Assembly: GCA_946965045.2 (NCBI GenBank)
Contig: OX337237.1
Coordinates: 930,001 to 994,000 of the forward strand
Direction: 5' to 3'
Origin: Epithemia pelagica
Lineage: Eukaryota > Protista > Bacillariophyta
DNA length: 64,000 nucleotides
Part shown: one piece after another, positions 57,031 to 64,000 of the stretch
How positions within the stretch are numbered: position 1 is the stretch's first letter
How the letters are laid out: each line of letters begins with the position of its first letter
The notes under the pieces: generated by a model
Seen by the model: the letters and a program-made list of their open reading frames with translations, nothing else
Databases searched by the model: none
What the model was told of the DNA's origin: nothing
Translations under genes and position numbers: made by a program

Positions 57031-58945
57031 GTGGTAGACCGGACGTAGATCCTCCACAGAAGGATAAGTTTTTGAAGAAATAGAAAACTAACCGATTCCT
57101 AAATAGTCAATGCGCGTTTTAGCATGTTAGACTTCTTGTCGTGTCATTCTAGGCCGTACGATTGATACCATAGTTCAAGTCTTTGATAGTCCAATAGGCA
57201 TAGCCAACAAAGTCTGATTGTACGCTCTAGCGTTATGATAGCTTGAAAGCGGTCGCGAAAGCAATTTAGCAGTATTGCTTTTTATGGAAAAAGATATCAC
57301 AATAACGCTAGACACTCTTTTGGACGTGATCGAAAAAAGATTCGATCACTCTCTCCTTCACCATGAGATGACCTTTTGAGCGTATGGTGTCGATGCGTCC
57401 TGGCAAGAACGAGGAAATGATCTTGTTGGAAGTCTACAAGGTGATTCAACTAGTCAAAAGTTTGTTTTTGATGGTTTTCCTTGGCTCACTCTACATCATT
57501 GGGCCGTTCGATGAATCGTCCATTTCCTCGGGCCAGTACAAGCTTTTTATTCATCATGACTGGGGTGGTTGCGATGCAAGTCTGTTCAGTCAAACCGTTC
57601 AGGGGGCGACAATGCCTGACATCCTTGGCCTACAGCAAATCTTTATGGATTCCACGACAAAAGAAGTACGAACTGTGGTCCAATCACACACCTCATTCAA
57701 CAGCAAAACACCAGCTTTCCAATTCATCCATAGTTTGTACGACATTTTGGGCGTTTCAGCCAGTCCAAGACACAAGGCCCACTTGATGAATATATCCGAC
57801 TTTGATCCTCATTCTCTGCAGTGGAATGCATCAAGTAGCGTTAGTGAAGGCACAACAGAGGATCCCTGTGATCAAGACGAGATGGCATTGCAAGAGAAAG
57901 GCAGTGCTTTGTTTTGATATGGTGATTTCCAATCCTCCCTCTATACCCAGGGAAATGGCTGTCTTAGATTCCACCGTTCCAGACTATGAAAGTCACGTGG
58001 CTCTGCCAGGTGTGGATGCAGATGGGATGCAAGTGATTCGTGAGATTGTCCACGTGGTTCAATCCGGGTGCCATTTGTTGAACGGCAGTGCATCCTACGC
58101 ATACGGTCTTGAGTCAAAAATGGCTGTCGTCCTCGTCCTCATTGGTAGATCCAGAGGAAGGCAAATCTCTTACATCAACGTCTCCTAACTTGGTGCAGGA
58201 TTCAACGGTCACAAGAGCACCCCAAGGTGTGTGGAATTCGTTCAAAACGTGCAAGACTTTGCGGCCAAAACCGATTTGTACAGCTGGGTGTCGACCGGGA
58301 TGCGAGCTGCAACGATTGAGATTTGAGGCAGTAGGAAATATATACTTCGATTGATGCCTGGGACCTTCTTTGCCAGTTTCGTCAACTTCAAACATCAGAC
58401 ATATACTGTGAGGCTACTGCATGATGGTCTAATGAATCCTTTGAGCTGCCTGGGCAATACCACTTCACCTTTTCGTTAGGAAAAAATCAACAAGAAACTC
58501 GAGATCTGGCAAAATTGCCAACGTGGATCGTTTCTAACACGTTCAGGTCTTGTTCCTTCCTGGATGGACATCTACAACAAGTGACAACCACACCTCTCAG
58601 GAAACAACCTCCGACATGTCACCCATTACTGCGCAGATATGGTGCTTTGACTGCTCTGTCGAAGCTTTGGATTCTGGATCTTGCCATGAATACTGTTATT
58701 TCTTTCAAGCCGATACTTTGTGCAACAATGCCAATTTGCCGCTGAAAGGAAAGATGGCTATGTTTACACGACTATGAAGTCATGCAAGGTGGGTTTAGAT
58801 CTATCGAAATCTAGCCGAACCAAAAGAGAACGCTTTTCCATGTAACTCTCTCTTTATATATATGTTGATGGTGGCTTTATGTAGTATGTTTGTAAGTTAC
58901 TTCCGTCTTGACAATGATTAGACACAAAAAGGCCTCCTTTGTGAT

Positions 58946-60355
58946 CTAGTTGGTGGGATTGTACAACTGACCACAGGGGACTGTCTTCCTCACCATCTTT
59001 TGGTAGGCTTTCTTGAAGGCCTTAAAGAATGCCTGTTTATTCTGAGCAAACTCGACGGTAGCTCGGAAAACAGCGCCCTCTGGATTGCGGAAAGGGCAGG
59101 GGAAGGGAGTGAAACCGGGGGGAAGGGGACCACCCTCCGGAAAGGGTCCTCCATTAAGAAGATTACAAACGGACGCATCGAAGTTCGGGGGCAAGTTGCT
59201 AACACCACCAAAGACATTACATTCCTCCAGGTTAGTAAAGGCCAAAATAGTATCAGTGTTCAAGAAAGTGACGTCGCCAAACTGGGGGTCGATTATCCAC
59301 TCGGTCAGTTCCTGATTATTAAACTGTTTGGTGACCTTGAGCCAAGGGATGCAGAATTTGGCTTTGAAGTACATGTTGCTGAAAACTTCTGCGTCCGCTT
59401 CAAGAACCCAAGTTCCGTCATAGCCAGTGTTGTCTGGATTGAGTCGTCCAAGGGTATGCGCGCCCATGAGAGCGACCATGTCTCGACGGTTGAGCCCAAG
59501 CCGCCCGGCAAGCTCAACAAGTGTGTTCTCGGCGTCTCCTGGGGCTTCGGCCGATGGGAAGACGTCGGCCTCGCAGCCACAAGGCACGTCCCATCGCCCA
59601 AGAGGAATTCGGATGACTGGACCCCCAGTCGCTCGGACTGCGGCACTCCCTCCAATCGCAATCAAATCAGCCATGGAGATGGTCTTGCCCCTCTGCTCGA
59701 GGAAACCTTCCTGGACAGTCTTCAGGAACTCAATGGAGTTTTCGAGACCAAAATTCGCTGGCAGACTAGTGTCCACGCAACCATTGGCGCCGCTCAAAGG
59801 CTTCGTTGGTTCCCCATTGAAAGGTGCTACGTCATGAAAGGCAAGGCGAAGGAGTTCGCCTGCAGAATCCGTAATCGATCCCGAAAAACTTGTTTGGTTC
59901 AGTTGTATTTCGTCAATAATGTACTGCCAAATTCCGCGTGCCTCTTTGAGGGTGAGTCTCTCGTGGTTGTTGTCGTCCGCATATGCTTCGCATGTGCACT
60001 GGTTGTTCAACTTCCTCAAGGAGGAGGTCGTGTCCATGGTGCTCTCGTTGATGGAAAGTCCAGACGCATGTGTAGAGCTGTAGGCATGAATCTTGATACC
60101 ATCCAGAGCACTGATCTTGTTTTTGTCTTGTTCACTACCGAACCGAACCAACAATCCACGAGTGCAGGAAAGCTGCTTTTCGACAGTAACATCAACCCCT
60201 TGAAGGACGTCAGCCAAGTCAGACAGCGTCATGCTATGTGAGTAGGAGACGACGTATAGATCTCCATTGGTATTGTCTCGGAGAGAGTTCCCGTAGCCAA
60301 AGGCATTTGCAAAGAAGTAGGTAGTGAGGAGGGTGAGGGCAAATGAAAGCTTCAT
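58946..60355 (-). CDS. Secreted class I-type heme peroxidase, copy B
   Basis: Near-identical catalytic region to copy A, with a divergent signal peptide. Confidence 0.88.
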   Translation of the reverse strand: MKLSFALTLLTTYFFANAFGYGNSLRDNTNGDLYVVSYSHSMTLSDLADVLQGVDVTVEKQLSCTRGLLVRFGSEQDKNKISALDGIKIHAYSSTHASGLSINESTMDTTSSLRKLNNQCTCEAYADDNNHERLTLKEARGIWQYIIDEIQLNQTSFSGSITDSAGELLRLAFHDVAPFNGEPTKPLSGANGCVDTSLPANFGLENSIEFLKTVQEGFLEQRGKTISMADLIAIGGSAAVRATGGPVIRIPLGRWDVPCGCEADVFPSAEAPGDAENTLVELAGRLGLNRRDMVALMGAHTLGRLNPDNTGYDGTWVLEADAEVFSNMYFKAKFCIPWLKVTKQFNNQELTEWIIDPQFGDVTFLNTDTILAFTNLEECNVFGGVSNLPPNFDASVCNLLNGGPFPEGGPLPPGFTPFPCPFRNPEGAVFRATVEFAQNKQAFFKAFKKAYQKMVRKTVPCGQLYNPTN

Positions 60356-60810
60356 TTCGACTTGTCGCTGAAAGCTTATCAACTGTAGAATTTATGAGAA
60401 ACGTATTGGCTTCTGTGAGTTTTCAATTTTTGAGACCACATGGTCTGCAAATCAACGTATCTGTCTTGATCATGCACATCCCACCCACCCAATAAAGTCG
60501 AGTGTGAGCTCTCCCAACAGTTGGCGTTGGCAGTCATTTTATATCTTGGTCATTCGAAATGTCTCCATTGAAAGGTTCCAGTAAGAATGAAGTACTCGAA
60601 AGAAGTTGGAGTTCATCATTATATTGGAGCTTTACAATTTCCCACGGGAAACTTGATGAAATTGTGAGCACGGTATTGCGCTACTCGTATTGAAGATGAC
60701 TACAATCTCTAAAATATGACCACCACTCTATATAGATTAGTACGAGTACAACTCCGACCTTTTGACAAGCTTTTAATATAGCCCTGGCTAGTCACTCACT
60801 TGACAGTTTG

Positions 60811-61713
60811 TAGAGCTCTGACCCGCGCTAAGGATCAGCTGATCCGAGGATCCGCACCGACTGACCACGGCGAATCCGGTGAGCAATTGTTAGCGCCTAC
60901 TACGGACCAGACCACAATCAAAGCTCTTTGAGCATTGAACGTCTAAGCCACAGACAATAACCATTAGCGCCATGGAATGTGACAGTTATTCGGAACAAGA
61001 TGATGGCAGTGAGGACACAGCTGTCATTATGACAAGAATTATCTGTCCTTCGAAGTCTGGATCAAGAAAAATGGATGATGTGGTCAACAGTTGATGTATT
61101 GGATCCGAGATCCAAGAAAATGCCTTGTCTTACAGAAGGTTGAATGGCAAGAGTTTGGAGTGCAGTTTTGAATGAGCTTGTCGCCCTCCAGAAGGAGGGG
61201 AAACAACAATGCCAACAAACTAAGTTAAGCAGGAAAAAATTGTGGCCGTCTAGCATCACCACAACAACACCAGAAACAAGCAGTGACCATGGAGGATACT
61301 GATTGGATGGACAAGTTTGATTACAGGAGTGTTGAATCTCCCAAGACAGTTCATTCCTCAGTTTTGTTGACGACTAAAGTCCGAATTGAGTTACAAGGAT
61401 ATCAAGAAGCTCCCAGCTTTTCCATACAAGACTTCCTGAACCAAAATTGGAATATTGTCTTCCAGAATAAATCATAGCTTTATTTAGTATTAAGGTTTCT
61501 TTATGCATACTTTCCTTTATGGGCATGCAATGGGTCCATTGTCTGTATATCTATGTTGCCTAAGCTATTCTAGGGCTGAGACTACCTACGCTATGTTGCT
61601 TCGTATCGCATGCGCTGATCGTGCTCACCCACATGCTCACCCAATGACTTTCAGGGTGAGCGATCAGCGCTGATCGGGTTCGCGTCGACCAGTCACGGAG
61701 GGTCAGAGCTCTA
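60811..61713. mobile_element. Non-autonomous hAT-type element (903 bp)
   Basis: Perfect 14-bp TIRs TAGAGCTCTGACCC / GGGTCAGAGCTCTA; 8-bp TSD ACAGTTTG at 60803-60810 and 61714-61721. Confidence 0.9.
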
Positions 61714-63320
61714 ACAGTTTGATGTTTGATCTCTCCAACTTTTACGAGTACACTGACAATGACCGGAGAAGCACGATCATTTTAAAGGTTTTAAGTGTGA
61801 CCGGTGGATGACCAGCAGAGAAGAGAGAAGAGAGCCAAGAGGTTAGTGTTGGGGTAACGGTCTGATTCTGATGGGCACGAGGAACGCTCCCATCTAGGAA
61901 TGATGGTAGCGATCCCATTACCCAGGCATGCCTTTCAAGGATGGTTGCAATGGGAGCGTTCCCATTAGCACGCAGGGCACGTTATGTTACCCCTAGATTA
62001 CCCCTAGGTAGATAGCCCCATTCCTAGGGCATGCCCTTGCTCATTCTACGGAAAAACCAAGATCTCATGCAAAATGAGTGCACTTCGTGCTTGTATTCGC
62101 TCCTGGGAATGCCCATGGTCATTTTGACAGCAATGGGCACAGGGGTATCGTGCCCAACTTGCCCATGACCGCGGGCATTCCACGTGCCACATTCCCCCAA
62201 CACTACAAGAGGTGCAGCCCATAATGAACTCATTGAGATGCAGGGCTTACTTGTATTTCGAAATCCAGAATCCCCGAGTGAAACGCTGTAACCTCTTGGG
62301 CACAGGGCAAAGCGATTTCACGACTACGACCACAAGACGGCAAGACCGGACGTTCAAAAGAGTCGGTCAACAGAGCCAAGAGCTGCAATCACCAAAAAAT
62401 CAGCAATCACCACCTTTCATCCAATGAACAATGAACTCGTTGAGATGCAGGGCTTATTTGTAATCTGAAATCCGGAACCCCCAAGTGAAACGCTGTAACC
62501 TCTTGGGCACAGGGCAATAATCTCGAACATCTCCCTCTCATCTTTCCCCCGTCCTCAAGCATGGTCGTGGTGGTGAGTGGTTGGTCATCGAGCGAGGGCA
62601 GAGCGTCTCGTACACGACATGCTCCTACAAATGCTACATGATCACATCATGACGACCATGCCTTGTTATGATACACGATATCTCCAACATTTTTCAAGAG
62701 CAATACGACCTCTGCGAACAAAGAAAGCCTCGGTCAGCACTCGGTAAGAGATCGAGCTTTCCTTTTTCCCACACTTCGATAGAGTCATGCGAATGTCACT
62801 GGAACATGAAAATAACGACCAAACTTATCCAGCAGATTCCATGACCATTTGCAACTGCGAAACAGATCCGAACGGTTTTTTCTTTGTTTCCCCGGTGTGT
62901 CGCTATGATATACTGGAACGTTACGGTACGCGCAAACGGTTCGTATCTTCCTGACCCATCTGCTTCGGTTGGCTTCTCCTGTTGATTGGAGTGCTAATGC
63001 TTGACACTTGACACTACCGCAACCGTTGTCGCTGTGTTGTCAGTTGTCATTCTTCAAAAACACAACATCAAGACTAGGATTTGCTACTCCTAGTAACTAT
63101 GTGACCCCGCACATGACCTAGCTAAAAATAGTTTCCCTGATTCGGAGATTTGTTTGTTGTCTATATCAAGAACATGCAGCCTTCATAATTCGTCCAGGAA
63201 AACTTACATGCACCAAGGTGAGTGTAGTCCAGTCTTCTTCATTGCAACCTCACCAGCCCGCTTCCATCTTAGCATCTAACCTCCTGTTTTGCTTGTGACA
63301 GGAGACCATCAACAATAACC

Positions 63321-64000
63321 ATGATTTCTCCCATCTGCTCATTCAACGACAAGAACTTGACAAGGATGTCATCCAATCCGTCCTCCAGCACCAAGCTTGC
63401 AGACCCAAAGAAGGATGAAACGTTTGCAGCTAGTTCATCGACAGAAACAAGCATGAGTTTGCATGGCCTCTTGCAATATCGAGGTGGTAGCAATCGTTCT
63501 AAACCGAATGCCAGAACACCAACGCTTCGCAAACGCCTCAGTGCTCTCAAGTCGAGCGATCTAGGGGTGGGATGGGCCAATGTCCTCGTCTCCCTTCTCT
63601 TGTTGTGTATTGTTACGAACCTTGAGTTCACGGTGGTTTACAAGTGGTCCTCAGGAGAACAACAAAATGTCCCTTCACTAGTAGGAATCCCGTCATGGAC
63701 TGAACATTTCTTGGGTCAGGCACAAGATGTCTTTTTCGATCCGTTTCATGTCTTACATCAACCCACCACGAATGATGCCGACCAAGATGCAGTGTTGAGA
63801 AAAAGTCTGCTTTCATACCGTGAACGTGCCGCACTACTCAAGTTTGAACCAGATCTTGGTGTGGACCCCTCTTCGGAACATTTCACCAAGCGAACCAAAA
63901 GTATTGCTTTCATGATCAAGCTGGATGGCCAGTGGTTCCAGTTGAACCAAAACTTTTTTAATCAAAACGCTGACTATAATGACTTTTCAGGAGGCTACAA
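63321..64000 (+). CDS. 2OG-Fe(II) dioxygenase copy B (runs off the window)
   Basis: Open frame from ATG 63321 to the window end, collinear with 55774 onward. Confidence 0.8.
   Translation, partial: MISPICSFNDKNLTRMSSNPSSSTKLADPKKDETFAASSSTETSMSLHGLLQYRGGSNRSKPNARTPTLRKRLSALKSSDLGVGWANVLVSLLLLCIVTNLEFTVVYKWSSGEQQNVPSLVGIPSWTEHFLGQAQDVFFDPFHVLHQPTTNDADQDAVLRKSLLSYRERAALLKFEPDLGVDPSSEHFTKRTKSIAFMIKLDGQWFQLNQNFFNQNADYNDFSGGY

Larger units (their letters stand above)
52380..64000. repeat. Tandem segmental duplication, unit ~6.1 kb (about 52380-58480 and 58480 to beyond the window end)
   Basis: Homologous blocks 52381/58481, 52662/58818, peroxidase A/B, 54935/62525 and dioxygenase A/B. The second unit carries ~1.4 kb of extra sequence. 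Confidence 0.9.

Noticed and set aside
57384-58750. Possible third gene in the duplicated unit
   Set aside because: Fragmented ORFs on both strands with stops. Partial homology to 52380-52650 shows it belongs to the unit, but no product can be supported.

Overview
Eukaryotic, gene-dense window with short GT-AG introns. The gene and transposon families point to a diatom or related stramenopile (inference). Housekeeping genes: SEH1, a peroxisomal MaoC-type dehydratase, a Kelch protein, RPC6/POLR3F, TFB2/GTF2H4, a CDPK, a serine racemase/dehydratase and a GST-HINT fusion. These are interleaved with dynamic regions: (i) a large DDE transposase; (ii) an AAA-ATPase / DXO-like / DXO-like / AAA-ATPase cluster, with a young but RT-deleted Ty1/copia LTR retrotransposon inserted in one DXO-like gene (293-bp LTRs, GTCTT target duplication); (iii) a ~2.8-kb foldback-like element with palindromic GTGGAY arrays; (iv) a deletion-riddled segmental copy flanking a Uma2-like nuclease gene; (v) a ~6.1-kb tandem duplication of a divergent secreted heme peroxidase / 2OG-Fe(II) dioxygenase pair, carrying a hAT MITE. 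Strongest observation: the copia element has no tRNA-type primer-binding site. Instead the 15 nt at the 5' LTR boundary (17664-17678) are the perfect reverse complement of 17573-17587 inside the LTR, directly behind an initiator-like TCATTCT. This is the geometry of Tf1-type self-primed reverse transcription, which I know only from Ty3/gypsy elements.
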